NCBI GenBank assembly: GCA_964614695.1
Contig: CAZTMB010000001.1
Coordinates: 1,858 to 65,857 of the forward strand
Origin: an uncultured Isosphaeraceae bacterium
GTDB taxonomy: Bacteria > Planctomycetota > Phycisphaerae > Phycisphaerales > SM1A02
Direction: 5' to 3'
Length of the DNA stretch: 64,000 bases
Under the pieces are notes generated by a model. The model saw only the letters and a list, made by a program, of their open reading frames with translations. It did not search any database and was not told where the DNA came from. This document shows positions 44,252-54,025 of this stretch, piece by piece. The position numbers were made by a program, and so were the translations under genes. The stretch's first letter is position 1. Every line of letters starts with the position of its first letter.

Positions 44252-44527
44252 GTGGCGCACAAGAAGGGTCAGGGTTCCACCAAGAACGGTCGCGACTCGA
44301 ATCCGCAGTTCCGCGGAATCAAGTTGTACGGCGGTCAGTTCGCGAAGGCCGGCTCGATCATCGTGCGGCAGTGCGGGACTCCGTTCCAGCCGGGCTATCT
44401 GGTGATGAGGGCCAAGGACGACTGCCTGATGGCGCTCGCCGACGGCGAGGTCCGATTCCGCGGTCGCAAGGTCGACATCGTTCCGGCGGACCCGGCGACG
44501 CCGCGGCTGACCTGCATCGGGGGCTGA
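44252..44527 (+). CDS. rpmA: 50S ribosomal protein L27
   Basis: '[42 protein letters not shown]' is canonical L27. GTG start. Confidence 0.95.
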   Translation: MAHKKGQGSTKNGRDSNPQFRGIKLYGGQFAKAGSIIVRQCGTPFQPGYLVMRAKDDCLMALADGEVRFRGRKVDIVPADPATPRLTCIGG

Positions 44528-44603
44528 CCGGCACCGGCGGCGGATCGTCTTGAGCGACCCGCCAGATCGCGAGTTCGGCTCCGCCTCCTCTCAAACCTCC
44601 CCT

Positions 44604-44625
44604 CGGCCTCGCTTCGGCGAGGTCG
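44604..44625 (+). terminator. hairpin with UUCG tetraloop followed by a U/G-rich tract, possible attenuator or terminator after rpmA
   Basis: CGGCCTCGC-TTCG-GCGAGGTCG gives 9 bp including one G-U pair, followed by TTGTGTG. The T-tract is weak, and obg lies just downstream. Confidence 0.3.
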
Positions 44626-44671
44626 TTGTGTGAACGGTTCCCCTCGTTTCCCGCACGGACGGCATCTGGGC

Positions 44672-45694
44672 ATGTTCATCGATCGCGCGGAGATCATGGT
44701 GCGGTCGGGCAAGGGCGGCAACGGACGCTGCAGCTTCCGCCGAGAGAAGTTCGTGCCCAAGGGCGGTCCCGACGGCGGCGACGGCGGTCGAGGTGGCGAT
44801 GTGGTGCTCGTGGCCGACCCGCACCTCGACACGCTGCTGCCGTTTGCGCACCGGAGGCGTTTCCTGGCCGAAGACGGCGAACCGGGCGGCGCGGCCCGCT
44901 GCCATGGCGGCGACGGTGCCGCGTGTCGGATCGAGGTTCCGGTGGGATGCCTGGTCTTCGACGACCAGGATGAACTGATCGCCGACTTCACCGAAGCTGG
45001 GCAGGAGTTCGTGGTCGCCATGGGCGGTCAGGGCGGGCTCGGCAACGACCGCTTCAAGACCTCGACGCAGCAGGCGCCCACCAAGACCACGCCCGGCGGG
45101 CCGGCGATCGAACGGCACCTTCGCCTCGAACTGAAGCTCCTCGCCGATGCCGGGTTGGTCGGGCTTCCGAATGCCGGAAAGAGCACGTTCCTTCGAAGCA
45201 TCAGCCGCGCGACCCCCAAGGTCGCCGACTACCCCTTCACGACGCTTTCGCCGCAGCTAGGGATCGCCGAACTGTCCGGTGAGCGGCGTCTGCTGGTCGC
45301 CGACATCCCCGGACTCATCGAAGGGGCCGCGGAGGGCGCGGGACTTGGGCACGACTTCCTCCGGCATGTGGAACGGACTTCGCTGCTGATTCATCTGGTG
45401 GACGCGGCGCCGGGCGAGGGTCGCGATCCGGTGGAGGACTACCGCACGATTCGGCGCGAGCTCGAGGCGTTCGCTCCCGAGTTGGCGGCGAAGCGCGAGA
45501 TCGTCGCCCTGAACAAGATCGATCTGGTGCCACGCGAGGATCTCGAGGAACTTCGTCGGGAGTTCGCGTCGAGGATCGGGCTTCCAAGTGCCGGGGTACG
45601 ACTGGTGAGCGGCGCAACCGGCGCCGGATGCGCCGAACTGATCGAGGCGGCCTGGACCTGGGTCCATCGAGACGACGAGTCGCCGGGGCGTTGA
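44672..45694 (+). CDS. obg: GTPase Obg/CgtA
   Basis: 'MFIDRAEIMVRSGKGGNGRCSFRREKFVPKGGPDGGDGGRGGDV', G1 'GLPNAGKSTFL' and 'NKIDL'. Confidence 0.95.
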   Translation: MFIDRAEIMVRSGKGGNGRCSFRREKFVPKGGPDGGDGGRGGDVVLVADPHLDTLLPFAHRRRFLAEDGEPGGAARCHGGDGAACRIEVPVGCLVFDDQDELIADFTEAGQEFVVAMGGQGGLGNDRFKTSTQQAPTKTTPGGPAIERHLRLELKLLADAGLVGLPNAGKSTFLRSISRATPKVADYPFTTLSPQLGIAELSGERRLLVADIPGLIEGAAEGAGLGHDFLRHVERTSLLIHLVDAAPGEGRDPVEDYRTIRRELEAFAPELAAKREIVALNKIDLVPREDLEELRREFASRIGLPSAGVRLVSGATGAGCAELIEAAWTWVHRDDESPGR

Positions 45695-45844
45695 AGATCG
45701 ATCGGATCGTTGCCGGGGCACCCGCTCTCAGTAGACTCCCAATCTCCCTTCGCTCGCCCGTGGCGGCGTCGGGACACGGTCCGCAGGAGAGGTCCGCGTC
45801 ACGACGGCGACCCTCAGGAGATCCGCGACTTGCAGGCCCCGATC

Positions 45845-46648
45845 ATGCTCACGCTCGAGACGGGGTCGCTTGCCGCACGACTGGCCGGCGGCAAGAACCC
45901 GCTCGAACGCAGCGACCTGCCACGGTACGCGATCGAAGAACTCGGGCTCCGGGGACTGTCGATCGCCGCATCGATCCTGTCGGGATGCTCGCCTCGCGAA
46001 CTCGATCGGCTGCGCGACGCGGCGGACCGCGCCCACTGCCCGTGCCTGACGATGGTGGAGACCTCGCCGCTCGCGGTCGATTCGAATGACGGGGCGTTCA
46101 CCGAAGCGGCGAACGATCGCCTGCAGCGGCTGGCCGCCGCGGCGTCACGGCTCGGCTGCAGCGGACTCGCGGTCACCGTCGCGTCCGACGCGAAGGCCGA
46201 TCCCGACCGCGTCGCCTCGGCCCTTCGCCAAGGCGTGCAGACGATCGAGCGTTTCGAGCTCAACCTGCTGGTGACCCCGGCCGCACGCGGCCCTCTCGCC
46301 TCGTCCGAGGGCGTCATCGACCTGATCCGCCGGGTGGGCGGCTTCCGAATCGGATGCATGCCGACCTTCGGACACGCGGTCTCGACCGAGGATGGCGAGG
46401 CGACGCTGCGGCGGCTGGCGCCCTACGCCTCGGCGATGGTCGCGGATCTCGATCCGCTGACGTCCTCCAAGGGCGGAGCGTTCGATGAACGCCTCGCCGG
46501 CTGGGTTCGTGCGGTGCGGACGGTCGGCTTCGCCAGCACCCTCGCGCTCGCGAGCGGAGCGAAGGATGCAGCGGCGCGGATCGTTCGCGCCCGCGAGCAT
46601 CTCGAGCCGGTGATCGTGGCCAACGCCGCGGAGGAAGCCGAGGCGTGA
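45845..46648 (+). CDS. hypothetical protein, possibly a xylose-isomerase-like TIM-barrel (sugar phosphate isomerase/epimerase) fold
   Basis: High third-position GC and alternating beta/alpha-like segments. The stop overlaps the cmk GTG. The functional call is weak. Confidence 0.5.
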   Translation: MLTLETGSLAARLAGGKNPLERSDLPRYAIEELGLRGLSIAASILSGCSPRELDRLRDAADRAHCPCLTMVETSPLAVDSNDGAFTEAANDRLQRLAAAASRLGCSGLAVTVASDAKADPDRVASALRQGVQTIERFELNLLVTPAARGPLASSEGVIDLIRRVGGFRIGCMPTFGHAVSTEDGEATLRRLAPYASAMVADLDPLTSSKGGAFDERLAGWVRAVRTVGFASTLALASGAKDAAARIVRAREHLEPVIVANAAEEAEA

Positions 46649-47349
46649 GTCAGGCTTCGGTCGCGACGGTGGTGACGATCGACGGTCCTGCCGGCAGCGG
46701 CAAGTCGAGCGTCGCGCAACGCCTCGCGAGACGCCTGGGGTGGCAGGTGCTCGACACGGGGGCCATGTATCGCGCCGCGGCGCTGTTCGCCTTGGGACGT
46801 GGGATCGACCCCGCCGACGGCGATCGGGTCGCGGCCGCGCTCCGCGAAGCGTCGATCGGGTTCGACTGGTCGTGCGATCCTCCGCGGATCCTGCTCGACG
46901 GCGTCGCGGTCGACGAGGCGATCCGCACCGCGAGGACGACCGAGGCGGCGTCTCTCGTCGCGGGATCGCCCGCGGTTCGAGCGATGCTCGTCGAGGCGCA
47001 GCGGAGGATCGCCGCCGGCCATCCCAAGCTGATCAGCGAGGGGCGGGACCAGGGCTCGCTGGTCTTCCCCGATGCGGCCGTGCGATTCTTCCTCGACGCA
47101 CCGGTCGAGGAACGGGCGCATCGCCGCGCGTTGCAGATCGCCCAAGCCGGTGGCGTCGCCGACGAGGCGGCGATCGGCGAGGCGATCCGCGAACGCGACG
47201 AACTCGATCGGACTCGCAAGGTCGGCCCGCTCGTCAAGCCGGTCGGCGCGATCGTCGTCGACACCGCGACGCTCTCGCTCGAGCAGGTGGTCGACCGGCT
47301 CGAGACGGCGGTCCGGGAGCGGCTCGCCTTGGCGGGACAGGTCGCCTGA
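46645..47349 (+). CDS. cmk: cytidylate kinase
   Basis: 'VVTIDGPAGSGKSSVAQRLARRLGWQVLDTGAMYRA'. Confidence 0.92.
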   Translation: MSQASVATVVTIDGPAGSGKSSVAQRLARRLGWQVLDTGAMYRAAALFALGRGIDPADGDRVAAALREASIGFDWSCDPPRILLDGVAVDEAIRTARTTEAASLVAGSPAVRAMLVEAQRRIAAGHPKLISEGRDQGSLVFPDAAVRFFLDAPVEERAHRRALQIAQAGGVADEAAIGEAIRERDELDRTRKVGPLVKPVGAIVVDTATLSLEQVVDRLETAVRERLALAGQVA

Positions 47350-48035
47350 TGGGGATCACGCGTCGGTTCCAGTTCGCCCGCCGAGTCCCTGGACGATCGG
47401 TGCTGGCCATCGTCTGGTTCGACCTCGGGCGATTCCTCGTCGCGTCGTGGCTCACGATCTTCCATCGATTCCGGGTCCTCGACCGCCGCCGCATTCCCGA
47501 ACGCGGCGCGGTCCTCATCGTCTGCAACCACGTCTCCTTCCTCGATCCGATGGTGGTGGGCTCCGGCATGAAGGACCGGCAGTTCTCGCCGGTTGCGCGG
47601 GAGAGCCTGTTCCAGTTCAGGCCCTTCGGATGGCTCCTTCGAAGCTACGGCTGCATCCCGATCCGTCGCGAGGGAGGCGATGCCGCGGCGATGCGTGCGG
47701 CGTTGGCGGAGCTCGAAGCGGGCCGATGCGTGGTGGTCTTCCCCGAGGGCACGCGATCGCCCGACGGATCCATGCAGCCGTTTCGCCGCGGAGTCCTGCT
47801 GCTGCTCAAGAGGGCGAAGGCGGCGGTGCTCCCGATGGGCGTCGCGGGCACCTACGAGATCTGGCCGAAGGGACGCTCGCGTCCGCGGCTGTTCGGGCGG
47901 ATCGTGCTGGCGGTGGGCGAGCCGATCCCAAGCGAGGAGCTCCTCGCCATGCCTCCGGAGGAGACGCTCGCGACGCTCGAGCGCCGCGTCTCCGAGGAGG
48001 CGGCTCGGGCGGCCGCGGCGCGGGCGGGAAAGTAG
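47349..48035 (+). CDS. plsC: 1-acyl-sn-glycerol-3-phosphate acyltransferase
   Basis: HX4D 'NHVSFLDP', 'FPEGTRS' and 'PMGVAG'. The ATG shares one base with the cmk stop (TGATG). Confidence 0.88.
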   Translation: MGITRRFQFARRVPGRSVLAIVWFDLGRFLVASWLTIFHRFRVLDRRRIPERGAVLIVCNHVSFLDPMVVGSGMKDRQFSPVARESLFQFRPFGWLLRSYGCIPIRREGGDAAAMRAALAELEAGRCVVVFPEGTRSPDGSMQPFRRGVLLLLKRAKAAVLPMGVAGTYEIWPKGRSRPRLFGRIVLAVGEPIPSEELLAMPPEETLATLERRVSEEAARAAAARAGK

Positions 48036-48044
48036 TCTCCCCGC

Positions 48045-49316
48045 GTGGCTTCCTCGACGCCAAGTCCTCGAGCGATGCGTGACGAAGCGGTTCGCGTCGC
48101 AATGCGGCTGCGTCGCTTCGGTCACGAGGCGCTCTTCGCCGGAGGCTGCGTGCGCGACCGGCTGCTCGGCCTCGAGCCGCGAGAGTTCGACATTGCGACC
48201 TCGGCGACTCCCGAGGAGGTCAAGCGGGCCTTTCCTCGCGCGATCGGCGTCGGCGAGGCGTTCGGCGTGATGCTCCTGCGAAGCGGCGGCGCGACCTTCG
48301 AGATCGCCACGTTTCGCACCGACGGCGGCTACCTCGACGGCCGGCATCCGACGGAGATCCGGTTCGCCGGCGCCGAGGAGGACGCCAGACGCCGCGACTT
48401 CACGATCAACGGGATCTTCGAGCGTCCCGAGAGCGGCGAGGTGGTCGACTTCGTCGGCGGCTGCGGCGATCTCGAAGCCCGGCGGCTGCGGGCGATCGGC
48501 GATCCGGCGGCACGACTCGCCGAGGATCGCCTTCGCGCGTTGCGGGCGGTGCGGTTCGCGGCGAGGTTCGAACTGTCGATCGATCCGGCGACCGAAGCCG
48601 CGATCCTCGCCCTTGGGGGCGAATTGCGAGGCGTCAGCCGGGAGCGGCTCGGGCAGGAGCTGCGACGCATGTTCGCGGAGCGGCATCGGTCGAGAGCCGC
48701 CGAACTGCTGGAACGGTGGGGGCTCGATCGCGTGCTGCTCGGATCGGTCGGCGATTCGGGCGAGCGCCCACGGCTGGCGTCGCTGCCGGCGGAGGTCTCC
48801 CCGATGACGGCGCTCGCAGCCTGGCTGCTCGATCGCGGCGAGGTGGTGATCGAGCCGGTGCCGGTCGCGGAGCGACTGCAGGCGGGGCTTGGCTTGTCCA
48901 ATGCCGAGCGGGAGGAACTGGCTTCGGTGCTTCGCAGCGTCACGTCGCTGCGGCAGGCGTGGGCTGGGGCGGGCGTCGCGACCCGGCGGCGGATGGGCAT
49001 GGAGCCCGGATTCGAGGCGGCGATCGCGATCCGCCGAGCCGAGTCCTTGGACGAGGCGAATCAGGTCGAGGCGTTTCTGGCGGGGTTCGGACCGGCGCGA
49101 ACGCCTGAACGGCTCGTTCGAGGTCGAGACCTGATCGACGCGGGGTTGGCGCCGGGGCCGCGGTTCGGGGAGATGCTCGAGGCCGCGTTCGACGCCCAGT
49201 TGGAAGGACGGCTCGCCTCGCGGGAGGAGGCGATCGAGTTCGTCCGGCGGCTTCACCGTGCCGGCAAGTCTTCGGACAACATCGATCCGCCGTTGGACTC
49301 TCCCCAAGGGCGGTGA
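48045..49316 (+). CDS. cca: tRNA nucleotidyltransferase (CCA-adding) / poly(A) polymerase family protein
   Basis: 'FAGGCVRDRLLG', 'DIATSATPEEV' and 'RRDFTINGIF'. The start could be the ATG at 48075. Confidence 0.85.
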   Translation: MASSTPSPRAMRDEAVRVAMRLRRFGHEALFAGGCVRDRLLGLEPREFDIATSATPEEVKRAFPRAIGVGEAFGVMLLRSGGATFEIATFRTDGGYLDGRHPTEIRFAGAEEDARRRDFTINGIFERPESGEVVDFVGGCGDLEARRLRAIGDPAARLAEDRLRALRAVRFAARFELSIDPATEAAILALGGELRGVSRERLGQELRRMFAERHRSRAAELLERWGLDRVLLGSVGDSGERPRLASLPAEVSPMTALAAWLLDRGEVVIEPVPVAERLQAGLGLSNAEREELASVLRSVTSLRQAWAGAGVATRRRMGMEPGFEAAIAIRRAESLDEANQVEAFLAGFGPARTPERLVRGRDLIDAGLAPGPRFGEMLEAAFDAQLEGRLASREEAIEFVRRLHRAGKSSDNIDPPLDSPQGR

Positions 49317-49446
49317 CACAATGACGGGTCTGGGATCGCTCGCCGACGCGGGTGAAACCGGGAACCACTTTGTCGTGACACCCGTTCGATCGAGGTCGGC
49401 GGCGTGCCCCGCTCGGGGCCGCTTCGCCATCCGCCCTGGAGCCCGC

Positions 49447-50616
49447 ATGAGCGACACGATCTCCCGTTCACTCCTCGCGATTCCGCTGATCGCCGCCACG
49501 ACGGCTTCGTCGTCGTTCGCCGCCGCCGAACAGTCGTCCGGTGCCGCCGCGGCCCGCGTTCCAGTGATCTATCCCGTACCGATGCGTGGTCAGATGGGCA
49601 CGGACATCCATCCGTCGGCGTACGAGGCGATCGTCGAGGACGCGAAGAAGGTCCAGCCCGACCTGATCGTGTTCATGCTCGAGTCGGCGGACATCAACAA
49701 CGTCTTCTATCTCCGCGACGACGACCGCGCCGAGTCCGGGCTCGCGCTCCTCGGCGAGTACCGCGACCTCGTCTCGACGCTCCGCGACGAGCTGGCGGAG
49801 TTCCCGCAGGTGATGTGGGTCGAGGACTCGGTGGGCTTCGGATCGCTGATGGCGTTGTCCTGGCCCGAGATGTACATGAAGCCCAAGGCGCGCCTGTGGG
49901 GTCTGCAGAACGTCTCGCGCATGGCCGGCGGATGGCAGGACCCGGACGTCGCCGCCAAGATGATGGCCGCGTGGACCGGCATCGGAAACGGCTTCCTCCA
50001 GAAGGGCGGCTACCCGATCGAGATCGGTCTCGCGATGATGCGGCCGGAGTACAAGCTCTCCGCGACCTTCGAAGGTCGCAACGTCGCGTGGAAGCTCGAC
50101 ACCAACGGGCATTGGGTCGTCGACAGCTCCGAGGGCGACGTCACCAACCTTCGCGCCGAGCTCGCGGAGGACCTCGGCCTCTGCGACGGCCTCGCGGACT
50201 CGCTCGACGACGTCGCGTTCCTCAACGGTTGGCGGGAGTACGAGCTCGCCGAGAGCGGACAGCAGATCATCGAGAAGTACGTCGAGGACTGGCGACGCAC
50301 CTACGACCGCACCAAGGAGTGGATGCAGGACGCCGAGCAGGCCATGGGCTGGGCGGGCGGTCAGGACGCGGTCCGCTACCTCGGGCAGGCCAAGAACCTC
50401 TACGAGAAGGTGATCGGCGCGATGAAGCAGTACCCCGCGGTCGCGAACCGCTGGCAGCGGGATGGGGTCAGCCTGATGCAGCTCGAGGTGCTCGTCGAGC
50501 AGCTCAAGGAGCAGATCCGGGGCATCCGCAGCGGCGGCCGCGGCGGCAACGTCGGCGGTGGCGGCGGCGGGCGTGGCGGCGGGCTTGGTCCTGGCGGACC
50601 GGCAGGGCGGCCCTGA
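49447..50616 (+). CDS. secreted NfeD/ClpP-class-like protein, divergent paralog lacking the SPGG motif, Gly/Arg-rich tail
   Basis: Signal 'LLAIPLIAATTASSSFAAA'. 'VIYPVPMRGQMG...YEAIVEDAKKVQPDLIVFMLES' parallels the next gene but has 'SADINN' where that gene has 'DSPGGL'. C-terminal 'GGRGGNVGGGGGGRGGGLGPGG'. Confidence 0.65.
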   Translation: MSDTISRSLLAIPLIAATTASSSFAAAEQSSGAAAARVPVIYPVPMRGQMGTDIHPSAYEAIVEDAKKVQPDLIVFMLESADINNVFYLRDDDRAESGLALLGEYRDLVSTLRDELAEFPQVMWVEDSVGFGSLMALSWPEMYMKPKARLWGLQNVSRMAGGWQDPDVAAKMMAAWTGIGNGFLQKGGYPIEIGLAMMRPEYKLSATFEGRNVAWKLDTNGHWVVDSSEGDVTNLRAELAEDLGLCDGLADSLDDVAFLNGWREYELAESGQQIIEKYVEDWRRTYDRTKEWMQDAEQAMGWAGGQDAVRYLGQAKNLYEKVIGAMKQYPAVANRWQRDGVSLMQLEVLVEQLKEQIRGIRSGGRGGNVGGGGGGRGGGLGPGGPAGRP

Positions 50617-50718
50617 TCTGAGCCGTGAGCACTTGGAACCCGCCGCAGTTCGAGCGGTTAGTTGGAGCGTGAACGATCGCACCGTGACAGGCGTAGCGCC
50701 TGCAGGAGCCCTGAGACG

Positions 50719-52095
50719 ATGAAGAGCCTTCTCCCGATCCTGTTTGGCGCCACGCTCGCCGTTTCGTCCGCCGTATCCGCGACGATCCTGGCTTCGGCCC
50801 CGCTTGCCGGCGCGACGGCCTCGGCGGAGGAGCAGTTGGTCTTCCGCAGCGGCAACACCTGGCGGGGGCAGGTTGGCGATCAGGTCCAGATCGAGTTCAC
50901 CGAGAACGGCGTCGTGCAGACGCTCGAGGGAACGCTCGAGCGGATCGAGAAGCGATTCATCCAGGTTCGCGGCACCATCGCGGGCCGCGAGGCGACCAAG
51001 ACGATCATCCTCGGCGACATCCGATCGATGACCTCGACGGGAGCTGGCGCGGCGCCGGCGACCTCCACGCCCTCCGCTCCGGCAGCGCCCGCCCGCAAGC
51101 CCGCCGATCGGCCGTCGGCCTCGCCCGCGGTGATGCCGGTCGAAGGCGCGAACCAGAGCGCCGCCTCGAGCGATTGGCCCGGCGTCTTCCTGCTTCCCCT
51201 GAAGGGAACGCTCGGCATCGGCATGCGGCACGACGAGATCAAGAAGATCGCGGCGGAGGCGGACAAGTACGGTCCGGGCCAGATCATCGTGCTGCTCATC
51301 GACAGCCCCGGCGGCCTCGTCATCGAAGGCGACAAGGTCAGCGACGTCATCAACGACGTGAAGAAGCGGCACCGCGTCGTCGCGTGGATCCGCGAGGCGA
51401 TCTCGGGCGGCGCGTTCACGGCGCTGCACTGCGACGAGAACTACTACATGAGCTTCGGGGCCCTCGGCGCGATCACCATGTTCTCCGGGCAGACCGCCGC
51501 GAGCGGCGCTGAGCTGCAGGCCTGGCTCGAGCGCTGCGGCGAGGTCGCCGAGGCCGGTGGCCGAAATCGCTACGTCGTGCAGGCGATGATCCACGCGCCG
51601 TTGCTCGTGTCCTACGACCGCGACGAGGAGACGGGCGACATCACCTACTACAACACGCTCGAGGGCGAGTTCGACCTCTCCGACGAGGTCAACAACCTGA
51701 CCCTGAACGCGAGCAACGCCCTCCACTCCGGCTACAGCCAGGGCACCGCCGACACCGAGGAGGAGCTGGCGAAGCTGATGCAGCTTCCCGAGTGGAAGGA
51801 GGCCGCCAACGGCGTCGGCCGGAAGATCTCCTCCGACTGGCTCGCGAACGTCGAGAAGGCGAAGGACGAAGTGCCGAAGCTCGTGCAGCGGCTCAACTAC
51901 AAGGGCAGCGGCAGCGGCGACGCCGCGGTCATGCTCGGCACGCAGATCCAGATCATCCAGGAACTCCTTCGCTGGTACGACCGCTGCTATCCGGTGGTCG
52001 TCTACGAGGTTGGCCTGCCGCCCGACAAGGCGCCCCTCGAGCGCCAGCTCGAGGAGATGCGTCGCCAGCTCGCTCAGATGCGTCGCCGCAACTGA
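50719..52095 (+). CDS. secreted NfeD-like (ClpP-class serine protease fold) protein with N-terminal beta domain and C-terminal helical domain
   Basis: Signal 'LLPILFGATLAVSSAVSA'. 'VFLLPLKGTLGIGM...GPGQIIVLLIDSPGGLVIEGDKV...VVAWIREAISGGAFTALHCDENYYM' matches the NfeD/SppA ClpP-fold pattern. Confidence 0.75.
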   Translation: MKSLLPILFGATLAVSSAVSATILASAPLAGATASAEEQLVFRSGNTWRGQVGDQVQIEFTENGVVQTLEGTLERIEKRFIQVRGTIAGREATKTIILGDIRSMTSTGAGAAPATSTPSAPAAPARKPADRPSASPAVMPVEGANQSAASSDWPGVFLLPLKGTLGIGMRHDEIKKIAAEADKYGPGQIIVLLIDSPGGLVIEGDKVSDVINDVKKRHRVVAWIREAISGGAFTALHCDENYYMSFGALGAITMFSGQTAASGAELQAWLERCGEVAEAGGRNRYVVQAMIHAPLLVSYDRDEETGDITYYNTLEGEFDLSDEVNNLTLNASNALHSGYSQGTADTEEELAKLMQLPEWKEAANGVGRKISSDWLANVEKAKDEVPKLVQRLNYKGSGSGDAAVMLGTQIQIIQELLRWYDRCYPVVVYEVGLPPDKAPLERQLEEMRRQLAQMRRRN

Positions 52096-52099
52096 GCCG

Positions 52100-52720
52100 A
52101 TGCCAGACGAACCTGCAATCGCTCCCCCGCAGACCGCGCCGCCCTCCGGCGCGGTCGCTTCGTCTTCGAGCGGCTGGGCGACCGGGCTCGGGATCGTCCT
52201 GCTCGTCTATGCGGGGCTCGGCGTGCTCGTCAACGCCGTCGGCATCGCCATGCTCTTCATGAGCGAGGAGGCCCGTGCGGCGGCGGGCGGGATCAATCCG
52301 GCGAACCTTGCCTTCGGCGGCGTCGCGATCCTGCTCGGGTTGGTGCTGGCGGTCGGCGCGATCGGTCTGCTGCGTCGTCGCCGCTTCGGCGTTCGGGCCT
52401 CGCTGACGTGGGCGGCGGCGAGGCTCGTGCTGCTGCTCGTGGCGTCGATCTACGGCTGGCTCACCCTGCCCACGCAGGTCGACCGGCAGATGGAGCTGAT
52501 GGACGAACGGATGGCCGAGGCGAGAGGCTCGTCCGGAGGCGGATCGCGGTCGGTCTCGGTCAGGGTCGGCGGGGGCGGCGGCGGCCTCGATCGCGAGGCG
52601 ATGCTTCGCTGGTCGAAGATGGCCTACGTCGCCGGCGTGTTCGTGGTGGGCGCCATGCCGGTCGCCACCGCCTGGATCCTCACGAACCGGCGGCGCCGCG
52701 AAGAGATCGCGGGCTGGTAG
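52100..52720 (+). CDS. four-TM membrane protein, hypothetical
   Basis: Four hydrophobic segments, a Gly-rich loop 'GSSGGGSRSVSVRVGGGGGG', and an ATG 5 nt after the upstream stop. Confidence 0.55.
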   Translation: MPDEPAIAPPQTAPPSGAVASSSSGWATGLGIVLLVYAGLGVLVNAVGIAMLFMSEEARAAAGGINPANLAFGGVAILLGLVLAVGAIGLLRRRRFGVRASLTWAAARLVLLLVASIYGWLTLPTQVDRQMELMDERMAEARGSSGGGSRSVSVRVGGGGGGLDREAMLRWSKMAYVAGVFVVGAMPVATAWILTNRRRREEIAGW

Positions 52721-52766
52721 CGGCGATCGCCACCGCTCGCGAAGTCTTCCACGATTCGAAGGCGAT

Positions 52767-53807
52767 TCAGCTCACTTCGCGGCGCTGGAAGAGCAGCGTT
52801 GCGATCGCCAGCGAGGCCGCGATCATCAGCACGCCGTAGGGCAGCACCGCCGCGAAGTAGGAGAAGGGGATCTCCCGCTTCTGCGTCAACGCATCGGCGA
52901 GCCAGAAGACCTGGAAGTCCGGCACCACGGCGTAGGCGACGCGGCAGGCCGCGTAGAGCAGATGCGCTCCATCGAAGAGCGATCGCTCCGCCTCCGGAGC
53001 CGAGGCGAACGCCTCCTCGAGCCGCAGGATCGTCCGACCGAAGAGCCAGTCCGAGAGCAGGCCGATGAGGAAGAGGCCCATGGTGATGGCAAGCGTCGGC
53101 AGCTGGCCGAGCCGCGTGCTCGCGGCGATCGCCACCGCGACGAGCATGAGAAGCGCCATCGCCATGCCGCCGATCGCGAGCAGGATCTGCGGCTCGAACT
53201 CGGTGCCGATGGCCTGCGGCGCCCAGTCGTGGGCGAAGAGCAGCGTCAGCACGTAGGCGAGCAGCAGGAGCGGCAGCCCAAGCAGCACCGCCGTGCTCGT
53301 GAACGCCCACCCGTAGAGGAAGTTCGCCGCCGCCGCGACCGCCACCGCGAGCACGAGGGCGGAGATGCCGAAGGTGAGCGCCGGCAGGTGGTACGGCGTC
53401 CTGACGGTCTGCATGGTTCCGTGGACTTCGACGAGGAGGAACGCCAGTCCGAGGAACGCCACGGCGGCGAGCAGGGCCCCGGAGACGCCGACGTACTTGC
53501 CGAGGATGAACGTCGGTCGCGACACCGGCTTCGAGAGGACCGTCAGTGCGGTTCGATTCTCGATCTCACGGTTGAGCACGCTCGTGGCGAGGAACGCCGC
53601 GAGGACGACCCCGCAGATGAAGATCGTGCTGAGGCCGAGATCGATGAAGAGCCGCTGATCGTCCTCGAGGGTGTAGCCGGAGAAGGGATTCGAGAGGACG
53701 ACGAAGATGGTGCCGGCGGTCAGGACCACCAGCAGCACCGGCTGCCGAATGCTCTCGGCGAAGGTCGTGCGGGCGATCGCCCAGAGCTGTTCGAGGAATC
53801 CGATCAC
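52767..53807 (-). CDS. ABC-2 type transporter permease
   Basis: GTG start (VIGFLEQLWAIARTTFAESIRQ). 'NREIENRTALTVLSKPVSRPTFILGKYVG' is paralogous to 'FEIRDRQILQLMTKPLARSRYLLGKWSG' in 59904..61955. At least six TMs. Confidence 0.75.
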   Translation of the reverse strand: MIGFLEQLWAIARTTFAESIRQPVLLVVLTAGTIFVVLSNPFSGYTLEDDQRLFIDLGLSTIFICGVVLAAFLATSVLNREIENRTALTVLSKPVSRPTFILGKYVGVSGALLAAVAFLGLAFLLVEVHGTMQTVRTPYHLPALTFGISALVLAVAVAAAANFLYGWAFTSTAVLLGLPLLLLAYVLTLLFAHDWAPQAIGTEFEPQILLAIGGMAMALLMLVAVAIAASTRLGQLPTLAITMGLFLIGLLSDWLFGRTILRLEEAFASAPEAERSLFDGAHLLYAACRVAYAVVPDFQVFWLADALTQKREIPFSYFAAVLPYGVLMIAASLAIATLLFQRREVS

Positions 53808-54025
53808 GCAAGGTTCCGAGGGAGGCGCCGAGGCGGCGACGGGGGTGGACAGGGCGAGTAAAGTACCGCCCACTTCGAACCCGGGGGGCATCGGGTTCGT
53901 GTCAGCCCGATCGCTTGGTCATCTGGCCGACCCGCCTCGCTCGGTTCTCGCCGCTTCGGCCGGCAACTCCGAGGCGGAATCTCGGCATCGTTCTCCCGAC
54001 TCCCGCCGCTGCGGCACGGAACTCC

